Both the position numbers and the translations under genes were made by a program. From NCBI GenBank assembly GCA_963845515.1, contig CAWJSR010000015.1:64001-128000 (forward strand): 64,000 nucleotides of DNA, read 5' to 3'. Positions 10,022 to 19,901 of the stretch are shown one piece after another (the stretch's first letter is position 1; the number at the start of each line of letters is the position of its first letter). This DNA is from an uncultured delta proteobacterium. Lineage in GTDB: Bacteria > Myxococcota > Myxococcia > Myxococcales > Anaeromyxobacteraceae. The notes under the pieces are model-generated. The model had not been told where the DNA came from. It saw only the letters and a list, made by a program, of their open reading frames with translations, and did no database searches.

Positions 10022-10734
10022 CGGCGCCGCTCCGCCGCGGCGCGCACGAGCCCACGGTAGAGCTCGGCGTGGCGCGGCTCGTGGCGCTGCGCAGACTCGG
10101 GGTGCCACTGGACGCCGAGCGCGAACGGGTGACCCGGGAGCTCTATCCCCTCGATGACGCCGTCCGGCGCGCGCGCCGTGACGAGGAGCCCCGGCCCGAC
10201 CGCCTTCACCGCCTGGTGGTGCGTGGAGTTGACGCGCAGCCTGCCGGCACCCACGAGCGCCGCGAGGCGCGTCGCCGGCACGATCTCGACGTCGTGGCTC
10301 GGGACGTCCTTGGGGGCTGGCTGCTGGTGGATCCGGATCCCCGTGTCGGTGGGCAGGTCCTGGTGCAGCGACCCCCCCATGGCGACGTTGAGGAGCTGCA
10401 TCCCGCCGCAGACCCCGAGCACCGGCGTGCCGCTTCCGAGGACGCGCCGCAGGAGACACAGCTCGGTCCCGGTCCGCTCCGGGATGAGGGGGCCGCAGCA
10501 CGGCCGCACCTCCTCCCCGTAGAGCGCCGGCGGGACGTCGAACCCGCCGCCGGAGAGGACGAGCCCGTCGAGGAGGGCCAGATAGGCCTCGCACTCGGCT
10601 GGGCCCACGAAGGGGACGAGGATCGGCAGCCCCCCCGCCCCCAGCACCGCGTCCACGTACGTGCGCTTCAGCTCGTAGCGGACCTTCGACTCGTCCGCGT
10701 CGAGCGAGATCCCAATCCTGGGGCGTGCGCTCAC
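10018..10734 (-). CDS. Class I glutamine amidotransferase, peptidase C26 / PuuD-like
   Basis: LSGGGFDVPP, GVCGGMQLLNV, VNSTHHQAV, GVQWHPE. Confidence 0.9.
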   Translation of the reverse strand: MSARPRIGISLDADESKVRYELKRTYVDAVLGAGGLPILVPFVGPAECEAYLALLDGLVLSGGGFDVPPALYGEEVRPCCGPLIPERTGTELCLLRRVLGSGTPVLGVCGGMQLLNVAMGGSLHQDLPTDTGIRIHQQPAPKDVPSHDVEIVPATRLAALVGAGRLRVNSTHHQAVKAVGPGLLVTARAPDGVIEGIELPGHPFALGVQWHPESAQRHEPRHAELYRGLVRAAAERRR

Positions 10735-11408
10735 GGCGTGCCGAGCCTCCCCTCCTCGAAGGCGGCGGCCAGGAGCCGGGCCCGCTCTCCCGGGTCGCCC
10801 CGCTCGAAGAGGTCGCCGATCACGGCCGCGCAGGCCGCGCCGGCTGCCGCGATGCCGCCGATGCTCTCCAGCGTGATGCCGCCGATCGCGACGACCGGCG
10901 CGCCGAGCGAGCCGGCGACCTCACGCAGCGCAGAGCCCGGGCGCGGCGGGACGCCGACCTCCTTGCTCGTCGTCGCGAACATCGGGCCGAAGCCCACGTG
11001 ATCGGCGCCGTCGGCGATCGCCCACTTCGCCTCCTCGAACGTCCGACAGGTGCGGCCGACGAGCAGCTCCGGGCCGAGGAGCTTGCGAGCCTGGGCGACC
11101 GGGAGATCCTCGTCGCCGACGTGTACGCCGTCGGCACCGGAGAGGAGCGCGAGGTCGGCGCGGTCGTTCACGATGACGAGGGCCCGGCCTCGCGCAAGCT
11201 CCACCACCCGCCTCGCGGCGTCGAGCACCGCGCCGGACGGCGCGTCCTTCCAGCGGACCTGCACGACGCGAGCGCCGCCGTCGATCGCGGCGCGCGCCCG
11301 CTCGACGAGCTCAGGGCCACCCACGATCGCGTAGAGCCCGGCCAGCCGCGCGAGGCGCGCCGCGTGGGGCGTCTGGGCTTCGATCCGCGCGGGGGGGGAC
11401 GTCGGCAT
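10731..11408 (-). CDS. thiE: Thiamine-phosphate synthase
   Basis: VQVRWK, IVNDRADLA, ADGVHVGDED, FGPMFATTSK, VAIGGI. Confidence 0.92.
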   Translation of the reverse strand: MPTSPPARIEAQTPHAARLARLAGLYAIVGGPELVERARAAIDGGARVVQVRWKDAPSGAVLDAARRVVELARGRALVIVNDRADLALLSGADGVHVGDEDLPVAQARKLLGPELLVGRTCRTFEEAKWAIADGADHVGFGPMFATTSKEVGVPPRPGSALREVAGSLGAPVVAIGGITLESIGGIAAAGAACAAVIGDLFERGDPGERARLLAAAFEEGRLGTP

Positions 11409-11491
11409 GCGCTTGGCGGTAGCATGCGCTTGACGCAGCCGCAAGGCGCCGCATATTTTCCACGGCTTCCGCTGGAAGGAACCAAAAACCA

Positions 11492-11680
11492 ATGGCCGAG
11501 ATCGAGAACAAGCTCGTAGATCGCCGCACCGCCCCGCGTTACCTGCGCAAGGGCGTCCTCGACGAGAAGGACTACGAGAAGTACCTGAAGGCCCTCCCCG
11601 ATCTCGCCGACCAGGCCGTACCGGTCGAAGCGGCCATGGAGGGAGAGGACGACTTCGAGGACGACGACGACGAGGCGTAG
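11492..11680 (+). CDS. Small hypothetical protein with acidic tail
   Basis: Clean ORF with typical codon usage, DRRTAPRYLRKG...LKALPD, divergent from thiE. Confidence 0.7.
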   Translation: MAEIENKLVDRRTAPRYLRKGVLDEKDYEKYLKALPDLADQAVPVEAAMEGEDDFEDDDDEA

Positions 11681-11684
11681 CCAC

Positions 11685-13054
<1,370 letters not shown>

Positions 13055-13142
13055 ACGGGACTGGTCCCGCCCCGCCGGCGAAGCCGGCAGGGCCCCCACC
13101 CCCGCCTCGCGCTTCTTCGGGGGGCCGCCCGTGTAGGCTTCG

Positions 13143-13421
13143 ATGACCGATCCGAAGACGCCCGCCCCGATCGACTTCTACACGTTCGTCCTCTCGCTCG
13201 GCTCGTCGGCGCTGATGCACCTCGGCGACGCGCCCCACCCGGAGACGGGCGAGACGCTGCCCACGAACCTGCCCGTCGCGCACCAGACGATCGACATCCT
13301 GTCGATGCTCCAGGAGAAGACGCGCGGCAACCTGACGCCGGCGGAGGAGAAGTTCCTCGAGAACCTCCTGACGGACCTGCGGCTGCGCTACGTGTCGAAG
13401 GCGGGCGGGAAGCCCGGGTAG
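13143..13421 (+). CDS. DUF1844-family protein
   Basis: FYTFVLSLGSSALMHLG...TIDILSMLQEKTRGNLT. Confidence 0.85.
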   Translation: MTDPKTPAPIDFYTFVLSLGSSALMHLGDAPHPETGETLPTNLPVAHQTIDILSMLQEKTRGNLTPAEEKFLENLLTDLRLRYVSKAGGKPG

Positions 13422-13443
13422 GAATCCGGCGGCTGTTGCCGCC

Positions 13444-13681
13444 CGGGTCATCAGCGCGCGCCGCGCGACCTCGCATGAGCAGAGGAGATATGAAGAAGGT
13501 GACCAGGGTTGGGGAGCCGTCGAAGCGCTCGCTGAAGGAGATCCCGGAGATCGACTTCGCCAGGTTGAAGGTCCGGAGGAATCCCTGGGCGGCGCGCGTC
13601 GCCGCAGAAGGGATCGTTCACGTGGCCCGCGGCCGGCCCAAGAAGGGGACGGAGACGGGCCCCACCAGGCGGGCGCCGTAG
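13444..13681 (+). pseudogene. Remnant of a BrnT/BrnA-like toxin-antitoxin pair
   Basis: 13444-13500 reads RVISARRATSHEQRRYEEG (BrnT-like C-terminus, no N-terminus), overlapping an ATG at 13490 for an antitoxin-like ORF (EIPEIDF...RNPW...RGRPKKG) that stops early. Confidence 0.6.
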
Positions 13682-13691
13682 GGGCACTGGC

Positions 13692-14135
13692 TCAGCTTGG
13701 GGAGTCCACGGAAAGATCCGTGAAGAACCGCGCGACGTCGACGTTGGCGATGGTCCGCGCCAAAGTCACAGGTGAGACTCCGTGATCGTTCGGCCGCCGG
13801 GGATCTGCGCCGGCCTCCCTCAGGACCGCGATGACGCTCCCGTCACCTCTCGAATTGAACACCGCTGTCGAGAGCGGGGTGTTCCCGTGGCTGTCCCGGA
13901 GATCGACTTCGGCTCCTGCGGCCAGCAGCGCCCGGACGCACGCCACACACCGCGCCTGGGCCGCGAAGTGGAGGGCGCTCCAGCCGTTGTCGTCCTGGGC
14001 GTTCGGGTCAGCGCCCGCGCCCAGCAGCGGTTCTAGCTCGCCGGCGTCGCCATCCAGCGCAGCGTAGTGGAGCGGCGTTCGCCCGTATTCATCGACGCCC
14101 GGTCGCGGCGTCCTCTTCGGAGTCTTCTGCGTCAA
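13692..14135 (-). CDS. Ankyrin repeat protein
   Basis: GRTPLHYAA, GWSALHFAA, GNTPLSTAV repeats. Confidence 0.9.
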   Translation of the reverse strand: MTQKTPKRTPRPGVDEYGRTPLHYAALDGDAGELEPLLGAGADPNAQDDNGWSALHFAAQARCVACVRALLAAGAEVDLRDSHGNTPLSTAVFNSRGDGSVIAVLREAGADPRRPNDHGVSPVTLARTIANVDVARFFTDLSVDSPS

Positions 14136-14217
14136 GAGTCCCTCCGCCGGAGCGACACGCGGTGGACGCGGCTGATTCGCGGCGGGCCTGGCCTCGCGCG
14201 ACGCGCAGCCCTGGCGA

Positions 14218-14412
14218 TCACGGCGCCTTCGGCGCCACGTGCTCGGTGTAGGCCGGGTTGCGGTGATTCTGGCCGGGGTTGTGTGCGTCCCAGCACGTGT
14301 CGGAGCAGAAGTAGAGCTGGAAGCGCTTTCGGTTGCAGGTCGAGACTGCGCACTTCAGGTAGGGCGCGCCGTGCTCGATGGGCTTCTTGCAGACGCTGCA
14401 CTTGTTCCACAT
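14218..14412 (-). CDS. Small Cys-rich putative zinc-binding protein
   Basis: CSVC...CAVSTC...FCSDTCWDAH in 64 aa. Confidence 0.7.
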   Translation of the reverse strand: MWNKCSVCKKPIEHGAPYLKCAVSTCNRKRFQLYFCSDTCWDAHNPGQNHRNPAYTEHVAPKAP

Positions 14413-14566
14413 GCCGGCACTCTAGATGCCGGGAGGTCATCCCCGGAAGTCCCTCGGCGTGGCCTGGCGCCTGACCATCCGGGGATCCCCGCAAGCCGCC
14501 TCCCCTATCGCTGCGGGAGCACGTGGGGTTTGTCCCGCAGCGCCTTCGGCTTCCCCTTGGCACCAT

Positions 14567-14720
14567 CCCCTCCCCCTCACCGAGGGGGAGGGTCAGGGTG
14601 AGGGAGCAGGAAATCGCGCGTCGGCGCGCTGCGATGCTCGACGAGCACGTGCCAAGCTGATGCCCGCGTACCCGTGGTCGCTCCCTCACCCTTGCCCTCT
14701 CCCCCGGTGGGGGAGAGGGG
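14567..14720. repeat. Inverted pair of REP-like palindromes (REPIN-like)
   Basis: 14567-14604 in reverse orientation and 14683-14720 in forward orientation of the same CCCTCACC...CCCTCTCCC...GGGAGAGGG unit. Confidence 0.7.
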
Positions 14721-14793
14721 ATGATCATCATGGTGGGTGCCGCTCGCGACGTGCGTTCTTCAACGGCCTACGGCGGCAAGTCGGCCCGGACCG

Positions 14794-15066
14794 CTACAGC
14801 CCGGCCTGCAGCATCGCCTCGGCCAGGCGGCGGATCAGCTCGCGCCTCACCACGCGGCGCGTTCGCGACAGCGCGTTCGGATCGCGGCGCGCGCGGTGCG
14901 TGACCATGCGGCGGGCGGCCTCTACGACCCACGCTATGCGGCGCGAGTCGAGGCGTGGGGTCCGGGAGCCAGGGAGCAGGAAGAAGCCGAGGCCGCGCTC
15001 CTCGAGGAGCGCGAGGAGGGTGCGCCTCGCCTGCGAGACGAGAGTTAGGTCGACGACGTTCGGCAC
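14794..15066 (-). CDS. Hypothetical protein
   Basis: 90-aa ORF downstream of bioD, same strand. Confidence 0.5.
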   Translation of the reverse strand: MPNVVDLTLVSQARRTLLALLEERGLGFFLLPGSRTPRLDSRRIAWVVEAARRMVTHRARRDPNALSRTRRVVRRELIRRLAEAMLQAGL

Positions 15067-15106
15067 GAAGCGATCTCTAGGATCGATCCGGCGATCGATC
15101 CAATTT

Positions 15107-15790
15107 TCACGCGCTCGTCGAAAACTTTACTTCGGACCCCATCACGGCTTGCAGCGTCGCGCTGCGCTCCGCGATATCGGCCTTGAACGCCAAGGGTCCC
15201 ACGACTTTCGCGCCGGTGAGCCGCGCGATCTCTGCGGCGTTGTGCGGCACCGACGGATCGTCCGCGGGGGTCGCGCGGTTGAGCACGATCGCCGCGATCG
15301 CGAGCCCCCGGCGGCGCAGCGCCTCGACCGTCAGCGCCGCGTGGTTGACCGTCCCGAGCCCGGCGCGCGCGACGACGATCACCGGGAGCGAGAGCGCGAC
15401 CGCGAGGTCGGCGTAGGTCTCCCGCTCGGTGAGCGGGACGAGGAGCCCGCCGGCGCCCTCGACGACGATCGCGTCGTGGCGCGCGGCGAGCGCGCGCGCG
15501 GCGTCGAGGATCCGCGCGAGCTCGACTGTCCGCCCCTCCAGCCTCGCCGCGACGGCAGGCGCGAGCGGGGCGGCGAGCGAGTAAGGGCAGATCGCGTCGA
15601 GCGGCTCCACGCGATCGCTGGCGTCGCGAAGCCGCTCTGCGTCGGAGGGCTCGCCAGGCGTCGCGCCGGCCTGGGCCGGCTTCATGCCGACCGCGTCGAC
15701 GCCGGCGGCGCGCGCGGCGCGGAGGAGCGCGCAGGCGATCTCCGTCTTGCCGACGCCGGTGTCGGTGGCCGTGACGAAGAAGCCGTTCAT
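15107..15790 (-). CDS. bioD: Dethiobiotin synthase
   Basis: FVTATDTGVGKT, VEGAGGLLVP, GLGTVNHAALT. Confidence 0.95.
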   Translation of the reverse strand: MNGFFVTATDTGVGKTEIACALLRAARAAGVDAVGMKPAQAGATPGEPSDAERLRDASDRVEPLDAICPYSLAAPLAPAVAARLEGRTVELARILDAARALAARHDAIVVEGAGGLLVPLTERETYADLAVALSLPVIVVARAGLGTVNHAALTVEALRRRGLAIAAIVLNRATPADDPSVPHNAAEIARLTGAKVVGPLAFKADIAERSATLQAVMGSEVKFSTSA

Positions 15791-15816
15791 TCCGGGAGCC
15801 CCCGACGGGTCAGACG

Positions 15817-15856
15817 CCCCCTCACCCAGCCTCTTCCCCGCGGGGGCGGGGAGAGG
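15817..15856 (+). repeat. REP-like palindromic repeat, degenerate copy between bioA and bioD
   Basis: cccctcacccagcctcttccccgcgggggcggggagagg. Confidence 0.55.
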
Positions 15857-15889
15857 TGCATCCGCGAGGCGCGAAGGTGCGATGAGTGG

Positions 15890-17263
15890 TCACAGCGCCG
15901 CCGTCACCTTCGCGATGCTGGCGAGCGCGATCCCGGCCAGCTCCCCTAGCTGCGCCTCGGTCATGCCCAGCGGCGGCATCAGGACGACGACGTTGCCGAG
16001 CGGCCGCAGGATCGCCCCCAGCTTCCGTGCCTCGGTGCAGACCTGGTGGCCGGCGCGGAGACCGCTCGCGTACTCCTCCCTCGTCGCGCGATCGCGGACG
16101 AGCTCGATCCCCACCATCAGCCCGCGCTGCCGCACCTCGCCGACGTGCGCCATGTCCGAAGCCGGCGCCAGGGCGCCGGCGAGCGACGCGACCTTCCCGG
16201 GGAGCGCCTGGAGGATCCCCTTGTCCCGGAACAGGTGCATCGACGCCACCGACGCCGCGCAGGCGAGCGGATTCCCGGTGTACGTGTGACCGTGAAAGAA
16301 GGTCCGCTGCGCGTCGAACGGCCCGAGGAAGCTCTCGAACACCCGCTCGGTCGTGAGGGTCGCGGCGAGCGGCAGGTAGCCGCCGCTGATCCCCTTCGCC
16401 ACTGTCATCAGGTCGGGGACGACCCCCTCGTGCTCCACGGCGAACATCCTGCCCGTGCGCCCGAAGCCGGTCGCCACCTCGTCGCAGACGAGCAGCGCGC
16501 CGTGCCGGTCGCAGATCTCGCGCATCCGCCGGACGTAGCCGGGCGGCTGCGTGATCATGCCGTCCGCCCCCTGGACGAGCGGCTCCATGACGAGCGCCGC
16601 GATCTTCCCCGCCCGGCTCTCGAAGATCTTCTCCACCTCGTCGGCGCAGGCCATCGCGCACTCTGGCCACCGCTTGGCGAGCGGGCAGCGGTAGCAGTAC
16701 GGCTGCGGCGCGTGGTGGACGTCGAAGAGGAGCGGCTTGAAGATCCGGTGGAAGAGGTCGATGCCCCCGAGCGAGACGGAGCCGATCGTGTCGCCGTGGT
16801 AGGCGCCGCGCAGCCCGACGAACTCGGTGCGCGCAGTGTCGCCGCGCAGCTGGTGGTGCTGGAACGCGATCTTGAGCGCGATCTCGACCGCGGTCGCCCC
16901 GGCGTCCGAGAAGAAGACGCGGGTGAGCCCCCTGGGCGTCCAGCGGAGCAGCTCCTCCGCGCACTCGATCGAAGCGGTCGAGGCGAGCCCGAGGAGCGTC
17001 GTGTGGGCGACCCGATCGAGCTGCGCCCGCACGGCCGCGTCGATCTCCGGCACGCGGTGGCCGTGGACGTTGCACCAGAGTGACGAGACTCCGTCCAGGT
17101 ACCGGTTCCCCAGCGTGTCTACGAGGTGGACGCCGTCCGCCGAGTCGATGATGAGCGGCTCCTCGGCGAGCCACTCCTCCATCTGCGTGAAGGGGTGCCA
17201 CAGGTTCTTGTGGTCCGCCTCCACGAGGCGGCGGTGGCGTGCGCTGCGTTCTGCGTCTGTCAT
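15890..17263 (-). CDS. bioA: Adenosylmethionine-8-amino-7-oxononanoate aminotransferase
   Basis: [44 protein letters not shown]. Confidence 0.96.
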   Translation of the reverse strand: MTDAERSARHRRLVEADHKNLWHPFTQMEEWLAEEPLIIDSADGVHLVDTLGNRYLDGVSSLWCNVHGHRVPEIDAAVRAQLDRVAHTTLLGLASTASIECAEELLRWTPRGLTRVFFSDAGATAVEIALKIAFQHHQLRGDTARTEFVGLRGAYHGDTIGSVSLGGIDLFHRIFKPLLFDVHHAPQPYCYRCPLAKRWPECAMACADEVEKIFESRAGKIAALVMEPLVQGADGMITQPPGYVRRMREICDRHGALLVCDEVATGFGRTGRMFAVEHEGVVPDLMTVAKGISGGYLPLAATLTTERVFESFLGPFDAQRTFFHGHTYTGNPLACAASVASMHLFRDKGILQALPGKVASLAGALAPASDMAHVGEVRQRGLMVGIELVRDRATREEYASGLRAGHQVCTEARKLGAILRPLGNVVVLMPPLGMTEAQLGELAGIALASIAKVTAAL

Positions 17264-17282
17264 GGAGGGGGCAGCTTAGCCG

Positions 17283-17468
17283 CTACCCCTCCTTCCACTC
17301 CATCGTCAGAAAGTCGGCTTCGGCCGGGGTCAGGTCGAAGCGAAGCGCCGCCTCCTCGATTAGCTTGAGCCGGGGGGCCTGGGGCTCCTCCTGCCTCCGC
17401 TCCGAGAGCCAGCGGAGCGCGCGCCGCAGCGCCTCGCCCTGCCCCTGGATGCCGTTCGGGTTCGCCAT
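17283..17468 (-). CDS. Small hypothetical protein
   Basis: RBS ggagg; GEALRRALRWLSE...IEEAALRFDLTP. Confidence 0.7.
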   Translation of the reverse strand: MANPNGIQGQGEALRRALRWLSERRQEEPQAPRLKLIEEAALRFDLTPAEADFLTMEWKEG

Positions 17469-17631
17469 TGTCCGCCTCCAGGGCACATCCTACCGCGGTA
17501 GTCCCTCCGGCGACGTGGCAACGGGCTTTGACGGCGGGCTCGCGACGGACTATTTCCTACCCCGCCCCCCGGCTCCCCGGCGGGGGAGGATTGGCGTGTT
17601 GCCGGCCGGGGCACAACGACAGGAGGACGCC

Positions 17632-17820
17632 ATGGCGTTCAACCCAGGAACAACGAAGCGCCAGAAGGAGGCGTCCCGCCGGGACTACCAGAGCAAGAAG
17701 CAGGAGAAGAAGGAGCAGCGCAAGCGGGAGAAGGAGGTCCGCGACCCCTCGGCCCCGGCTGGCGTGGATCCCGACATCGCCGGCATCGTCCCCGGTCCCC
17801 AGCCGCTCCCGGAGGATTAG
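17632..17820 (+). CDS. Small Lys/Glu-rich hypothetical protein
   Basis: RBS aggagg before ATG 17632; ends DPDIAGIVPGPQP. Confidence 0.75.
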   Translation: MAFNPGTTKRQKEASRRDYQSKKQEKKEQRKREKEVRDPSAPAGVDPDIAGIVPGPQPLPED

Positions 17821-17845
17821 CAGCCGCGCCGTCCCGAGCCTGAGC

Positions 17846-19768
17846 TCAACGCCTTGGCGGCCCGCGCGTTCCTCGCCGGGCCCAGGGCGGGCGGGCGCCG
17901 TCGCCCGCCATCCTGTTCCCGCCACCCATCCGCTTCCCGGGCGCGAGCCGGCCCGTGAGCCGCAGCGCCTTCTCGACGAGCACCCTGTTGTCCGGATCTC
18001 CCCAGCGGATGAGCGCCTTCTGCATCCGCTTCTCCTCCATGTCGTCGACGACCGCGACCGCCTTCCCGGTGATCGGATCGATCCCCGTCCAGTGCATGTC
18101 GGAGGCGAGCGTCATCGGCGTGGGCATGAAGTCCTGCACCTGCTGGGGCTTCCAGCGGTTCGCCTGCAGGTACTCCATGAGCTGCACCGCCTGCTCCAGC
18201 GTCGAGCCGGGGTGCGACGAGATGAAGTAGGGGACGAGGTACTGCTCCTTGCCCGCCTTCTTCGTGAGCCGGGCGAAGTCCTTCCGGAAGCGCTCGAAGC
18301 TCTCGAGCCCCGGCTTGCGCATGACCGCGAGGACGGGCGCGCAGACGTGCTCGGGCGCGACCTTCAGCTGCCCTGACACGTGGCTCGTGACGAGCGCCTC
18401 CAGGTAGCGCTCGCCGTTCTCCTCGTCCGCCTGGGCGAGGTCGTACCGGACGCCGGAGCCGACGAAGAGGTGCTTCACGCCCTTCACGGCCTTCGCGCGC
18501 GCGTAGAGCGCCACGAGCGGACCGTGATCGTGCGCGAAGTGGCGGCAGACGGCCGGGTGGATGCACGAGAGGCGGTGGCACCTGGCGTGGGCCTCGGCGT
18601 CGGTGCAGCCCATCTGCCACATGTTGGCCGTCGGCCCGCCGAGGTCGGTGACCGTGCCGCGGAACTTCTCCTGCGCGGCCATCGCCGCCAGCTCGCGCAG
18701 GATCGACGCCTCCGACCGGCTCGAGACGTCGCGCCCCTGGTGCTCGGTGATGCAGCAGAACGCGCAGCCGGCAGCGCAGCCGCGGACGATCTGGATCGAC
18801 CAGCGGATCTGCTCGAGCGCCGCGATGTGGGCGCCGGCGTATGACGGGTGGGCCTCTCGCAGGAAGGGCAGCTCGGCGACCCGATCCAGCTCCTCGGTCG
18901 TCGGGGGCGCCATGGGCTCGTTGACCACCACGAGCGTCCCTCCCGCGCGCCCGTGGCGCTGGACCAGCACCCGCGCGTTCTCCGCGTTCTGCTCCCGGCG
19001 GTAGAGCCTGGCGAACTCGGCGTAGCGCGGCTTGTCCTTCTCGACCTCCTCGAAGGAAGGCAGCTCGACGACACCGCGAGGGCGCCCCTCCAGCCCGGCG
19101 AGCGCGCGGTCGGAGACCGCGACCGCGGTGCCCGGGACGTCGACGAGCCCGCAGACGTCCTCACCCATCGAGAGCCGGCGGGCGATCTCCACGATCGGCT
19201 TCTCGCCCTGCCCGTAGACGAGGAGGTCCGCCCCGGACTGGACGAGGACCGAGGGCAGGATGCGGTCCTCCCAGTAGTCGTAGTGGGCCAGCCTGCGGAG
19301 CGACGCCTCGATCCCGCCCAGGACGATCGGCGTCGCGGGGCCAAAGGCCTCGCGGATCAACTTCGCGTAGGCGACCACCGCGCGGTCGGGACGCCTTCCG
19401 GCCGCGCCGCCCGGCGTGTAGGCGTCGTCGGACCGCCGGCGCTTGTGCGCCGTGTAGTGGTTGACCATCGAGTCCATCGCGCCGGCGGTGACGCCGACGA
19501 AGAGGCGCGGGCGGCCGAGCCGCGCGACGTCGCGGATGGAACGCCAATCCGGCTGGGCGATGATCCCGACCTTGAGCCCCTGCGCTTCCAGGACGCGGCC
19601 TATGACCGCGGCCCCGAAGGCCGGGTGATCGACGTACGCGTCGCCGGTCACGAGCAGGACGTCGAGCCCATCCCATCCGCGCGCGGCCACCTCCTCCGGA
19701 TACATGGGGAGGAACGGGCCGCGCGGGATCGGCGGGGCGGCGCGATTGCTGGACGTGGAGCGGGCCAT
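17846..19768 (-). CDS. YgiQ-family (UPF0313) radical SAM protein
   Basis: VTGDAYVDHPAFG, GGIEASLRRLAHYDYW, RGCAAGCAFC, QVQDFMPTP; start codon uncertain (19768 or 19783). Confidence 0.93.
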   Translation of the reverse strand: MARSTSSNRAAPPIPRGPFLPMYPEEVAARGWDGLDVLLVTGDAYVDHPAFGAAVIGRVLEAQGLKVGIIAQPDWRSIRDVARLGRPRLFVGVTAGAMDSMVNHYTAHKRRRSDDAYTPGGAAGRRPDRAVVAYAKLIREAFGPATPIVLGGIEASLRRLAHYDYWEDRILPSVLVQSGADLLVYGQGEKPIVEIARRLSMGEDVCGLVDVPGTAVAVSDRALAGLEGRPRGVVELPSFEEVEKDKPRYAEFARLYRREQNAENARVLVQRHGRAGGTLVVVNEPMAPPTTEELDRVAELPFLREAHPSYAGAHIAALEQIRWSIQIVRGCAAGCAFCCITEHQGRDVSSRSEASILRELAAMAAQEKFRGTVTDLGGPTANMWQMGCTDAEAHARCHRLSCIHPAVCRHFAHDHGPLVALYARAKAVKGVKHLFVGSGVRYDLAQADEENGERYLEALVTSHVSGQLKVAPEHVCAPVLAVMRKPGLESFERFRKDFARLTKKAGKEQYLVPYFISSHPGSTLEQAVQLMEYLQANRWKPQQVQDFMPTPMTLASDMHWTGIDPITGKAVAVVDDMEEKRMQKALIRWGDPDNRVLVEKALRLTGRLAPGKRMGGGNRMAGDGARPPWARRGTRGPPRR

Positions 19769-19901
19769 CGAGGGCCCATACATGGCCGCCGCGCCTCACG
19801 AAATCAAGGCGGCGACACCTTTGGCAACCCGGCGCTTGGGGGTATCATTTGTTTCCGCGGAAGGGAGCCGCCCGGCGCCCGCCCTGCACGGAAGGACTTT
19901 C

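Noticed and set aside
11408..11492. TPP riboswitch upstream of thiE
   Set aside because: Region is short and lacks the CTGAGA and related conserved motifs
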